DNA of 64,000 nucleotides from Azolla caroliniana (GCA_043228905.1 JBHGNT010000013.1:6138001-6202000); one strand, 5' to 3'; counted from the first letter of the stretch, positions 49,480 to 61,809 are shown. Numbers and translations: made by a program. Notes: generated by a model not told the origin, from the sequence alone.

Positions 49480-49496
49480 TGGTGAACCCGACGTGA
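49480..49496 (+). promoter_or_regulatory. PBS, tRNA-Trp (identical copy at 55404-55420)
   Basis: TGGTGAACCCGACGTGA, complementary to the plant tRNA-Trp(CCA) 3' end as I recall it; 4 nt after the LTR in both elements. Confidence 0.88.
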
Positions 49497-49515
49497 AGAC
49501 CCGGGTGGCAAGGAG

Positions 49516-51533
49516 ATGGAAAATCAACCGGAGGCTAGCAACATGATGATGATGTTCGAGCGCATGCTACAAGAACAATGCGCGATGTCGGAGATAGCGG
49601 CATCAGTGGAGCGACTCGTGCAACGAAACGGGCAATTCAACGGGAAAGACGTGTCGCGGTATCTTCGGGACTACAAGGTAGAGATGCTACGGTGCGGAAT
49701 ATCGGAAGGACTGCAAGTGACGTCCTTCAACCGGGTGGCGACCGACGGGCTTCAAGCAAGCATCCATGGGCTACGACAACAAAATCCGACATGGGAGGCG
49801 TTTGAAGAAGAGCTAAAGAGGACGTTCGCCATCGAGGATTCCTCCAAGGCGACGCGAAGGGGATTCGAAGATTGGGTGGAGACGCCGGACAAGGGATTGA
49901 AGGTCGTTGATGTGTTTTCGGCATTCGAAAGCCGGTTCGGGAGGTTGTCCGCGAGAGATCAAGCTATCCTCGTACCGGACAAGGTAATCATGTTCTTGCG
50001 AGCCGTGGACGTCCGGGACCGGAAAGATCTCGGAGTGCTCTTGGAGGACACGACCACGGAGAGCGGCCTCACCGAAACATGGGAAAGTGTGCGGGATATC
50101 GTCGCGCGATACACGAAGAGGGGGCAATGGCTTGCCAACGAGGAAAAGAGGGTTTCGGAACCGATTCTGAAACCGAGAATCGGATTGGAAGACCATCAAC
50201 CAAGGGCTCGGGAGACTACAACCGAGACGGGGATTGATGCATCTACGGTGGAGCAACTATTGAAGGAGATGGAGAATCTGAAGATCGCCCCACAAGCTCC
50301 AAGTATACGGACCGACGGTGCATATGGTGCGATAGCGCCGAACACGATCGGAGGGATTGCAACGAGCATAAGGAGGCGCTACGGCGGGATCTCATCTACT
50401 ACGAGGGAAACCGGATTCATTCGATGGACTCTCGGAAGCCACTCCGACCGAACTTCCGGAAAGGCGGCATGAAGAAGGTGCTCGAGGAGGAATTGGCGGC
50501 AAGAAGCAACTATGCGACAACCGCGGGAATATGTGTCGGGGAATCATCGAGAGCAAAGACGTCTTTTTGGCCGGAAGTTCTAGAAAACACCGAGAAAACC
50601 GACTCCAACGAGATCCGAAGCACCGTAGAAGGCGTTCGGGAAGCTATGGGATGGGACTACCCTGTCAACAAGAATAGCGTATACGCCTTGTGTCAATTGC
50701 ATAAGGTGTATGTGGACGAGAAACGACGACGCACGGAGGATGCGGCCGGGCCATCGAAGATACCGGAAAGCTGGAACTCCGGAGGTAAGGGAAAAGAAAA
50801 GGCGACTCCGGCATTCAAGCTCGCCTCAGACATAGAACAACAAACCGACTTGAAAAGAGTGTTCGAGGAAAGAATCTTGGATAGCCGGGTAGATTTCTCG
50901 CTTCGAGAGCTACTCGGAATAGCAAAGAAGGAGTTCCACGATCTTCTCGTGGATCTCATGAAGTGAAAAAGACAAAGTACGGAGGAAAATGCTCCAAGGG
51001 TGAATGCGAACACCGTTTTAATGAATGACACCGAAGTGGAGGACGAAATTCCGAACTCCCACTATACAAGGCCACATTGGGCACGCGCGACTACGGAGAC
51101 TCCGGTCCGAATCGGCAACATCAAAGAACCCGTGCTAGCATTGATTGATCACGGATCGAAGATCAACTTGATGTCCAAGGAGTTCTACCGGAAGGGGAAG
51201 TGGCCTATTAACACCAACCATGGATGGAAGATTCGGGCGGCCACCAAAGCAACGGAAGATCTATTTGCGGCTTGTCCGGATGTGACGGTGAAGATCGGGG
51301 ATGTTGAGATCGACCAAAATTTCTTCGTGCAAGATGAGGTTTCACATTCCGTCATCCTCGGCCAACCCTTTATCACGGCATCACGGATGGAGACGAAGGT
51401 GCTCGATAGCACTGCGGCTTTTGCACAAATTCGGAGCCAAAACGGTGGGAAATCCGTCCAATTCCTAACGGTGCCGGCAAATCACGAAAGGAACAAGAGG
51501 GAAATCTTGTCCCAAGTGAGAATGGATTTTTAA
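49516..51533 (+). pseudogene. gag: Gypsy-W1 Gag-protease ORF with a frameshift and a stop
   Basis: FNGKDVSRYL gag start, CIWCD knuckle after the frameshift, protease LIDHGSKINLM..ILGQPF, ending MDF*. Confidence 0.88.
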
Positions 51534-54519
51534 AGCGGACTGTTGCGGAGTGGGGAAGTGATAGTCCGAGAAGCCCTGATACCCCACACAGGAAGAAAAC
51601 TCTCGGAGCAAAACATGTACGAATCGGTCCGGATGGGGCATCTACGTACACGACCGTAACCGGAGGATTGAAGAAAGGATACCAACAAGTGGAGGATAAG
51701 TTGCGGTCGGCATCAATAATAAAAGAAGATGAAGAAATCGTGGGGATAGTCGAAGAAGTGTTCTATGAGAGCACGCTACAACGACTTGAAGAGCTTGCGG
51801 AAGATAAAAGCCAAGGGAACCGGGTAGTCCCGGTGGAATCGGTCGAGATGTACGAGATCATTGCGAAAATGGAGCCGGATACGCTCCGCAAAGAAGAAGC
51901 AATGGTAAGTACGAAATACAAGACCGTGGAGAAGAAGGTGAAACCGGCCGCGGGACCACTACCCGCCGATAGCGAACAAAAGAGGAAAGAAGTCTCGGGA
52001 GATCCGACACTTCGGAAGACCGTGGATATCGGACATGCCTTCACGGATGAGACCCGGAAGAAACTTCGGATCGATGGAGGTGGGTTCCTATTACAAAAAG
52101 AAGAAGAACGGTTTCGCGAGATGTTGGAGCAACACGGCAAAGCGTTTGCATTTACATCAAGGGAGATAGGGTGCGTCGATCCGAGAATAGTGGAGCCGAT
52201 GGTGATCTTCACGATTGACCATGTACCGTGGAACCTGAAGCCGATTCCGGTGCCACGAGCGCATATTCCGAAAGTCATTGACTTGCTCAAGGAGAAGCTG
52301 GCGATGGGGATTCTAGAGCCATCAACTGCTCCATACTCAAATCGATGGTTTACGGTTCCGAAGAAGAATGGGTCACTCCGATTTATCCAAGACTTGCAAC
52401 CGGTGAATAAGGTCACGATCCGGAACTCGGGAGTCGGTCTGATAGTGGACGAATTTGAGGAAGCTTTTGCCGGTCGTGCGATATACTCCATCGGAGACCT
52501 ATACTCGGGGTATGACCAATTCCAACTAGCCGTGGAGAGCCGAGACATCACAACCATGCGAACACCGATAGGATTAGTCCGAATGTGCACACTACCACAA
52601 GGAGCGACAAACTCGGTTGCTCATATGATGAACACGATGAACAAGGTGCTTCGAGACTGCATTCCGGAGATAACGATGCCGTTCCTCGATGACATTCCGA
52701 TGAAAGGATGCGCGGTAGAAGAAAAAGATGAGACTATGGATGATCGGGGATGCCGAAAGTTCGTGGTCGACCATATTCATGATTGCGAGAAAGTGTTGCG
52801 AAAAGCTAGAAGATGTGCACCTAACACTTTCCGGGGAGAAATCGGCATTCGGGCAAGAAGAAATATTGGTGGTCGGACATCTATGTGGGCCCTACGGCCG
52901 AAGACCGTCACCAACAAAGATCGATGCGATTCAAGCTATGGAGGAAGTATGCGAGTCAACATCCGAAGTCCGAAGGTTTCTCCGTGCATGTGCATTCTAT
53001 CACATATGGATTCCGCACTATGCACATATAGCGGACCCGCTCTACCACTTGTTGCGGAAAGGTAAGAAATTCGAATGGAAACCAGAACACACCAAAGCCA
53101 TGAAGAAATTGAAGAAGACACTTCGGAGGGCGGAAGCACTTAAAAAGCCGAGCTACGACCGACCGATCATAGTAACGGTTGATACAAGTCCAACCGGTAT
53201 CGGGTGGGTCATCAATCAAGCCGACTCGGATGGTTCGCGGTATCCGATCCGATTCGGAGCAAAGGTTCTCAATGAAAGGCAACATGGATATGCACAAGTC
53301 AAAAGAGAACTGTGGGGAGTCGTGTCGGCGATAAAATCGGATCAGGATTATTTGATCGAAGCCGAAGTGGTGATCGAGACGGATTGTCTTCCGATACTCG
53401 GGATGATGCGGTGTTGTACGATACCAGATGTAGCTATGCTAAGGTGGGCTCCATATGTCAAGTCGCTTAATCCGGAGGTTCGACACATCTCGGGGAAGGA
53501 AAACGCGGTAGCGGATATGTTATCAAGGGCTCGGTTCGGAGACGACATAACCGAATCGGATAATGAAGAAGTTTCCGAAGACTACTTCGCGTCGGAGCAC
53601 ATATGCCGAGTGAACGTAATCCAAGAATTCCGGGAAGAAGAATATGAGGGAGAAAGTTTGATGATCGGAAAGATGTTACAAGAGGCCGAGGACTCGACAA
53701 ACGATAAAGGAAGAAGAGCCGAGATCCGAAGGAAGAAGAGGCAAGTCCAAAAGTTCTTCTTGGAAAACGGATTAATATGGAGGGCGCCGAAAAGACTGGA
53801 TGGTATACCACTTCAAGTAGTCGGGACAAAAGAGCAACGAAACCGGATAATGTCCGAGTTTCACGAATCCGATTGGGCTGGACACCGAGGAACATGGGCA
53901 ACATTTGTGAAGATCAAGCAAAAATATTGGTTGAAGAAAATGTACAAAGATGTCGCGGAGTTCACGGAAAGCTGCGAGAAATGTCAAGTCTACTCCGGGG
54001 TTCGACATCGAGATGAGTTACATCCGACATTCTCACCGACAATCAACTTCAAGTGGATGGTCGACATAGTGGCCATGCCGACCGGGATCGGACAAAAGAA
54101 ATACTTGGTATTAGCTCGGGAAGATCTCACGAATCAAGTAGAAGGTCGAGCGCTTCAAAGGAAAACGTGTTCCGCGGTATGCCAATTTCTTTTGGAGGAA
54201 GTATTTTACAGGTACGGGTGCGTAGGACAAGTGATTGCGGACCGGGGAGAACTCGACTCGGACAAAGCTAGGGGATTCTTCGCCAAACACGGAGTTCGGT
54301 TATCGCTGACAACGGCATACAATCCGGAGGCCAACGGGAAAATCGAACAAGGACATAGTCCGATCGTGAAAGCACTTGCGAAGGCATGCGATGGAAAGGT
54401 GAAGGACTGGCGGCAGATGCTTCCGTATGCACTATGGGCGGATCGGACGACGCTGTCGTGAAGAATGTGCTTCACGATATAAAAATGAGCTTAAATGTTG
54501 TATTTAATAATATCTGAGA

Positions 54520-55018
54520 GACTTGAACCCACATCCTTATATATGATGTACAATGTACATACCACTAGGCTAGGCTATTTATTTGTAAAAGTGTGTAATA
54601 AATGTGCTTCATGATATAAGAATGAAGCTATATATTGTATTAAGTAAAATTGAGGGACTTGAACCCTCAACCTTGTATACCAAGCACCAAGCATACACCA
54701 CTAAGCTAGGTTAGTTATTTTAGAATGCATTTTCATCATTATACTTATCCCATATCTATTTTCATACATAGCCATCATTCATCACATGCAATGCATGTGC
54801 GCCAAATGGCGATCATGCATTACATGTAACTCATGCATTGCATGCATGCCATGCTCCCATACATTACCATATGCATGGCAACACTTATATAAAGAGGGGA
54901 AAGGGAAAACAAGGGAAGGAATCAAGAGAGAGTGAAAAAATAATACAATCAATTGAAGAAGACTAGCTCATTGGGTGGAGAACCTCTCGTTTCGAAGTTG
55001 AGGTCGAGGGTTCAAATC
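54520..55018. promoter_or_regulatory. Three tRNA-type Pol III A/B-box modules in the W2 LTR: 54520-54572 (-), 54656-54708 (-), 54964-55018 (+); repeated at +6545 in the 3' LTR
   Basis: TAGCCTAGTGG/GGTTCAAGTC, TAGCTTAGTGG/GGTTCAAGTCC and TAGCTCATTGG/GGTTCAAATC, with 32-34 nt spacing. Confidence 0.78.
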
Positions 55019-55220
55019 AAGAGTCGGTATTGAGAAGATTCATCTTGCGATCAAGGATTGTAAAGTTGGTAAAATATTATATTTTTAATATACATCATGT
55101 TTATATCATATACTCTTGTTCTTTGAATCATACTTTGTCTCAATCTTCTTTCTAGAATCATACTTTGTCTCAATCTTCTTTCTTGAATCATACATTGTCT
55201 CTATCTTTTATCTATGCTCG

Positions 55221-55263
<43 letters not shown>

Positions 55264-55438
55264 TTACTTGTAACTCTTCATCTTACTATCCTTAACCATT
55301 CTATCATCACCATACAAGCCTTATTAAACTTAAGTTTCTTCAACTCCCCTTAACCTTAGTCCCCGCGACTTCGCCGCACGAATCACAACTACCCCGACAC
55401 ATTTGGTGAACCCGACGTGAAGGCGGCGACGAGGAGAA

Positions 55439-57553
55439 ATGGAGGAGCAAATGAGGCTTATGTGTACGATGATGGAACGAGTGATGCGGGAACAAGGGAT
55501 GATGGCAAGCATCGACAAAGCCGTCGACAATATTCTCGCACGAGTAGGAATCTTCGAAGGTATAAATTTAACAAGATTTCTGAAGATTTATAATGAAGAA
55601 ATGCTTAAACGCGGTGTCGACGAAGCTACAAAAATTAATAGCTTTAGTCGAGTCGCTGCGATTGGGCTACAAGAGAGGATCCAAGAGCTCCAAAGGGAGA
55701 ATCAGACATGGACAACATTCGAAAGGGCATTACTCAATGAATACAACCTCAACGATATGTCAAGGATGACAAGGCGAGCTTTCATGGATTGGGTAGAGTC
55801 TAATAAACATTTAAGTGTTTGGGAAGTATTAAAAGAGTTTTCTGAAAGATTTGAGCAACTAAATGTTAGAGATAGAAATATAATAGTGCCAGATAAAGTC
55901 ATATTATTTCTACAAGCTACTAATATTAAAGACAGGAAGGACTTGGGAATGCTTTTAGAAGATCAGAATAGTCCAAGTGGACTTACCGAAGACTGGGAGG
56001 AGGTGAAAAGGACGTGCGCCCATTTTTGCAAAAGAAAGTTATGGTTTATGGAGTTGCCCGACAGAAATGATGAAGAAACGGGGAATGAGTCGGGAGAAAA
56101 GAAAGTAGAAGAATCACTCTTACACGAATTGGTGAAAGGCATGAAAGACTTGTCGATCAAAGTGACGAAGCTAGAATCGGGACAAAGCTCGACTTCATCA
56201 AGGCAGGGAGGTGGAATGGTCCGAAGGTGTATGTGGTGTGATAGTATCGACCACCAGAAGAAAGATTGTCAAGAGCATAGGGATGCTCTTAATCATAATA
56301 AAATCTACTATCAAGATGGCAAGATTCACTCAACTGAGACTCGACAACCACTTCAACTCAACTTCGGGCGAGGAGGAATGAAAAGGTTAATGGAAGATGC
56401 CGAGAGAGAAACGACTCAAGCGATACAATCCGTGGCAACCTTAGGATTGCGCGTAGAAGACTCATATGGTGGATCTGGCTTTTGGCAAGAAGTGATGGAT
56501 TATGCAAGAAAAGGGAAGGTTCGAGTGGATGAATTAAAAAGAGCGAGAGATGAAATATGAAACTTCACTGGATGGAATGATCCAGTAGACGCGCTATCAG
56601 CATTCGCCCAAGTGAATGCACAAGATGTGCTAGTGGAAGAGAAGCGGAAGAGAGCTGAGGAAGCTGATCCGACAAAGAGACATGAGACATGAGAACAAAA
56701 GAGAAGGGAGATGGAAAAGGGTGCTATTGAGCCGAAGGAAGCTGATAAAGTAAAAGGAAAGACAGGCCCATCTTTCAAGCTTGCCTCAGACATAGAAACA
56801 ACGACGGATATAAAAAAGGTACTAGAAACAAGAATATTAAATAGTAAGGTAGAATTTACTTTAAGAGAAGTGTTGGGTATAGCAAAGAAAGAATTTCATG
56901 AAGTTATCATAGATATTATTAGAAGGAAGAGACAGGTGACGGAGGAAATTACGGGAGGGTGTGCAACAACACTCCAAGATTTTTATGGTGGCACCATCAA
57001 TGCTGCAAGTGTAAAAAACTAGAATGATGTTGGCGTCCATGAAGGGGATAGGAGTCACTATACAAGGGACCATTGGGCTCGAGCAACAACGGAGGCACCT
57101 GCAAAAATTGGGGAGCAGCAAATTCCATGTATTGCTTTGATCGATCATGGATCAGAGATTAACATGATGTCATCGGAATTTTACGCTCGAGGACGATGGC
57201 CGATTGACAAGAATCATGGGTGGAAAATAAGAGCTGCCACAGAAACTACGGAGGATCTATTCGGAGCATGTCCTAGTGTGAAGGTAACAATTGGTGATGT
57301 CTCGGTGAATCAAAATTTCTTTGTGCAGGATCGATCAACCTACCCCGTCATCCTTGGCCAACCCTACATCACCGCAGTGAGGATGGAAACAAAGGTTATT
57401 GATGATGGTTCGGCTTTCGCGAGAATCAAGAGTCAAGATGGAAGAAAGACTGTCCAATTCTTAACCGTGAGGCCCAACCATGAAAGAAACAAAGAATGCT
57501 TGAGGGAACATCCAATTCAAGAGATGGATGAAGAGTTTTCCCAGGATTTTTAG
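55439..57553 (+). pseudogene. gag: Gypsy-W2 Gag-protease ORF, single frame with three premature stops
   Basis: ORFs starting 55439, 56711 and 57137 share a frame; CMWCDSIDHQKKDC; LIDHGSEINMM; ends QDF*. Confidence 0.9.
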
Positions 57554-60500
57554 ATAGGGCTTTTACAGGTAGGGGTTGTGATAGCCCGAGCATAAAAGAA
57601 AACCCCATAAATAATAATGTAAATAAAGATATTCCTTGTACAATCTCATCTAATGGTGCTACTTTTATACTAAAAGTAAATAATAATAAAATACAAAATG
57701 CTTTCGAGTACTTTAAGTGTTCTGGATTAATAGATGATGATGAAGAAATTCAGGATATGTTTGAAGAATTAAGTTTTGAAGATACAATAACTCATTTGGA
57801 AGCAATGGAAGAAGACAACGAAATCCAAGTTCCTGTCCATTCAATCAAGATGTATGAGGTCATTGAAGAAGTTGCTCGAAAGGATCATGAAGCACATGTA
57901 CTAACAAAGTACAAGACAGTGGAGAAGAAGGTTCGTCCTATTGCTGCTCCACTTCCAGGGGATAGTGAAAAGGCAATCAAAGAAGCAGCCACAGAGCCAA
58001 TGATCAGAGACCCACGAAAGGTAGGACATGTGTTTACTCCGGAAACAATACAAGGGATGAAAATAGGAGGGGGTGACTTCCTATTACCCGCTGAAGAAAA
58101 GCAGTTCAGGGAGATGTTAAAAAGGCATGGAAAGGCGTTTGCATTCCAACCGGAGGAAATAGGGTGTGTGGATCCAGAAATTGTGGAGCCCATGGTTATA
58201 TTCACTATCCCTCATATTCCATGGAACTTTAAGCCAATACCCATGCCTAGGGCTAGAATCCCTCAACTATTAGAACTTTTGAAAGAAAAGATAAGGATGG
58301 GTATCTTGGAACCATCGAACGCTCCTTACTCGAGTCGATGGTTCACTGTGTTAAAGAAAGATGGGCGACTCCGATTTATCCAAGATATGCAACCCGTGAA
58401 TAAGGTAACAATCCGAAACTCGGGAGTAGGGCCAATTGTGTATGAGTTTGCTGAGATGTTTGCAGGAAGAGCTATATATTCAATGGGAGACCTTTATTCC
58501 GGGTATGATCAATTTCAACTTGCTATCAAAAGTCGAGATATAACTTCTATCAAGACACCTATAGGGTTAGTACGGATGTGCACCTTGCCGCAAGGAGCGA
58601 CCAACTCAGTGGCACATATGATGAATGGAATGAACAAGGTACTTCGTGCTTTTATTCCTCATATTACAATGCCTTTTCTAGATGATGTTCCAATTAAGGG
58701 ATGCAAGGAGGAAGAGAAGAACGAGGAATTGGACGAAAGTGGTTGCCGTCAATTCGTTGTTGATCATATCAAGGATTGTGAGAAGGTGCTATCAAGGATG
58801 GAAGAAGTGCATTTGACCTTATCAGGGGCGAAGTCAATATTTGGGTCAAAAGAGATATTAATAGTTGGTCATATGTGTGACCCGTATGGGAGAAAGCCAT
58901 CCCCAACCAAGGTCAATGCAATTCAAAATATGCAAGAGGAATGTACATCCATCTCAGAAGTACGAAGGTTTCTGGGGGTATGTGTTTTTTACTGTAAATG
59001 GATTCCGCATTATGCCCATTTATCTGAACCTTTATATAGACTCCTAAGAAAAGGAGAGACATTTGAATGGAGTGAAGAGCATTCAGAGGCAATGAAGAAA
59101 TTGAAGTACTACTTGGCACAAGCTCCACCATTAAAGCAACCAGACTACACCCGGCCCATATATCTCACAGTAGACTCTAGTCCCATTGGAATTGGATGGG
59201 TGATAAGCCAACAAGATAGGGAAGAAAGGTATCCAGTCCAATTTGGGGCAAAGGTTCTTAGTGGTCGACAAAGAAAATATGCACAGGTGAAAAGAGAGCT
59301 ATGGGGGATAGTAACAGTTGTAAAGACAGACAGAGATTACTTAATTGGTGCTGAAGTAATAATAGAAACAGATTGTTTGCCTATTCTGGGTATCATAGCT
59401 AATTGTGATATTCCAGATCAAGCCATGTTAAGATGGTGTATCTATATTAGATCAATCAACCCTGAAGTTCGACATATCTCTGGGAATAGAAATGCAGTAG
59501 CAGATATGTTATCAAGAGCAAGGTATGAGGAAGAGGAGATTCCAGACTCAGACGATGAGGACAAAGAACAAACAGTTCTTACCACAAGCATTACTCGGGA
59601 AGGAGGAATGCAGTTTCTAGAAGAGGAGTATGAAGAAGAATTCAAGGAAATAGGGAAATACCTACAAACCCCTGACAAGTACAAAGGTCGATCTAGAAAA
59701 GAGTTCACACAGTTTCGCAAGAAAGCCCATAAGTTCTTCCTGCATGAAGGATATCTATGGCGACATCCGAAAACCAAGACTGGAAACCCGCAAAGAGTAA
59801 TAGGTTCTGAAGGGCAAAGAAAGGAGATAATCAAAGAGCTACATGACAAAGAATGGGCTGGTCATCGAGGAGTGTGGGCCACTTTCAGTAAGATTAAAGA
59901 ACGATTTTGGTGGCCTCGATACTATGAGCAAATAAAAAAGTATGTGGAAACTTGTCCCACTTGTCAATATTATTCAAATGTAAAATTTTGTGATGAATTA
60001 CACCCAACATACTCACCGGGGGTGCATTACAAGTGGATGATAGATTTGGTAACAATGCCACTTGGAGTAGGACAAAAGAGATACTTGGTTCTTGCTAGAG
60101 AAGATCTAACAAATCAAGTGGAAGGTCGTTCATTGAGAACAAAAGGGACATTAGGAGTATGTCAATTCATCTTGGAGGACATTGTTTGTAGATATGGATG
60201 TATCGGGAAGATAGTGGCAGATAGGGGAGAACTCAATTCTGCGGAAGCTCAAGATTTTTTCGACAAAATAGGAATTCGGCTTTCTTTGACAACGGCGTAC
60301 AATCCAGAAGCTAATGGAAAGGTAGAAAGGGGACATGGGCCAATAGTCAAAGCTTTGGCAAAGGCATGTAGAGGACGGGTTAGTGATTGGCCAAAAACCT
60401 TACCCTATGCACTATGGGCTGATAGGACAACTCACAGCACTGTTACTGGATATATGCCTGCAGAATTAATCACAGGACAGAAGCCAATAATGCCAATTGA

Positions 60501-60960
60501 AGAAAAGATAACTACATGGGCTGTGTTGCCTTGGGAATCGGAAATGAGTAGGGAAGATTTACTTGCGGTTCGAATACAACAACTTCAATCAAGGATAGAA
60601 GACATAGAAAAAGCAGCTACTAGATTGAAAGAGGCAAGAATCAAGAATAAGGACAGATTTGACAAGATGAAAAGAATACGACCAAGAAAGGTGCAAGAGG
60701 GAGATTGGGTATTAGTATATGATAATAGCCTAGATAATCAATACAGTACTATTCGGAAGTTTGCAAAAAGATGGTTTGGACCTTATGAAGTTAGGAAAAT
60801 AACAGATAAAGCCACATATTTCCTCAATGAATTAGATGGGACAGAAATTCGTATCCCAATTGCAGGAAAAAGGATTAAAATATTTAAAAGGAGGGAGTCA
60901 TTAGAGCCTGAATTTTATGAAGAAGTAGAAGAACTAAAAATCAGAAGAAGTGTTGGATGA
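57544..60960 (+). CDS. pol: Gypsy-W2 RT-RNase H-INT, open reading frame predicted to be entered by -1 frameshift at 57544-57550 (first ATG 57757)
   Basis: 1067-aa ORF with RT, RNase H and INT motifs; the frame stays open upstream to the slippery site; no chromodomain seen. Confidence 0.92.
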   Translation, partial: GFLDRAFTGRGCDSPSIKENPINNNVNKDIPCTISSNGATFILKVNNNKIQNAFEYFKCSGLIDDDEEIQDMFEELSFEDTITHLEAMEEDNEIQVPVHSIKMYEVIEEVARKDHEAHVLTKYKTVEKKVRPIAAPLPGDSEKAIKEAATEPMIRDPRKVGHVFTPETIQGMKIGGGDFLLPAEEKQFREMLKRHGKAFAFQPEEIGCVDPEIVEPMVIFTIPHIPWNFKPIPMPRARIPQLLELLKEKIRMGILEPSNAPYSSRWFTVLKKDGRLRFIQDMQPVNKVTIRNSGVGPIVYEFAEMFAGRAIYSMGDLYSGYDQFQLAIKSRDITSIKTPIGLVRMCTLPQGATNSVAHMMNGMNKVLRAFIPHITMPFLDDVPIKGCKEEEKNEELDESGCRQFVVDHIKDCEKVLSRMEEVHLTLSGAKSIFGSKEILIVGHMCDPYGRKPSPTKVNAIQNMQEECTSISEVRRFLGVCVFYCKWIPHYAHLSEPLYRLLRKGETFEWSEEHSEAMKKLKYYLAQAPPLKQPDYTRPIYLTVDSSPIGIGWVISQQDREERYPVQFGAKVLSGRQRKYAQVKRELWGIVTVVKTDRDYLIGAEVIIETDCLPILGIIANCDIPDQAMLRWCIYIRSINPEVRHISGNRNAVADMLSRARYEEEEIPDSDDEDKEQTVLTTSITREGGMQFLEEEYEEEFKEIGKYLQTPDKYKGRSRKEFTQFRKKAHKFFLHEGYLWRHPKTKTGNPQRVIGSEGQRKEIIKELHDKEWAGHRGVWATFSKIKERFWWPRYYEQIKKYVETCPTCQYYSNVKFCDELHPTYSPGVHYKWMIDLVTMPLGVGQKRYLVLAREDLTNQVEGRSLRTKGTLGVCQFILEDIVCRYGCIGKIVADRGELNSAEAQDFFDKIGIRLSLTTAYNPEANGKVERGHGPIVKALAKACRGRVSDWPKTLPYALWADRTTHSTVTGYMPAELITGQKPIMPIEEKITTWAVLPWESEMSREDLLAVRIQQLQSRIEDIEKAATRLKEARIKNKDRFDKMKRIRPRKVQEGDWVLVYDNSLDNQYSTIRKFAKRWFGPYEVRKITDKATYFLNELDGTEIRIPIAGKRIKIFKRRESLEPEFYEEVEELKIRRSVG

Positions 60961-61765
60961 ACTCTGCACAACCAATGTGCAAGTTCAGAGGGGGTGGGTG
61001 TCGTGAAGAATGTGCTTCACGATATAAAAATGAGCTTAAATGTTGTATTTAATAATATCTGAGAGACTTGAACCCACATCCTTATATATGATGTACAATG
61101 TACATACCACTAGGCTAGGCTATTTATTTGTAAAAGTGTGTAATAAATGTGCTTCATGATATAAGAATGAAGCTATATATTGTATTAAGTAAAATTGAGG
61201 GACTTGAACCCTCAACCTTGTATACCAAGCACCAAGCATACACCACTAAGCTAGGTTAGTTATTTTAGAATGCATTTTCATCATTATACTTATCCCATAT
61301 CTATTTTCATACATAGCCATCATTCATCACATGCAATGCATGTGCGCCAAATGGCGATCATGCATTACATGTAACTCATGCATTGCATGCATGCCATGCT
61401 CCCATACATTACCATATGCATGGCAACACTTATATAAAGAGGGGAAAGGGAAAACAAGGGAAGGAATCAAGAGAGAGTGAAAAAATAATACAATCAATTG
61501 AAGAAGACTAGCTCATTGGGTGGAGAACCTCTCGTTTCGAAGTTGAGGTCGAGGGTTCAAATCAAGGGTCGGTATTGAGAAGATTCATCTTGCGATCAAG
61601 GATTGTAAAGTTGGTAAAATATTATATTTTTAATATACATCATGTTTATATCATATACTCTTGTTCTTTGAATCATACTTTGTCTCAATCTTCTTTCTAG
61701 AATCATACTTTGTCTCAATCTTCTTTCTTGAATCATACATTGTCTCTATCTTTTATCTATGCTCG

Positions 61766-61809
<44 letters not shown>

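Noticed and set aside
54964-55030. Genuine tRNA gene
   Set aside because: A and B boxes are present, but no acceptor stem or complete T-stem forms; reported as a tRNA-like promoter module only.
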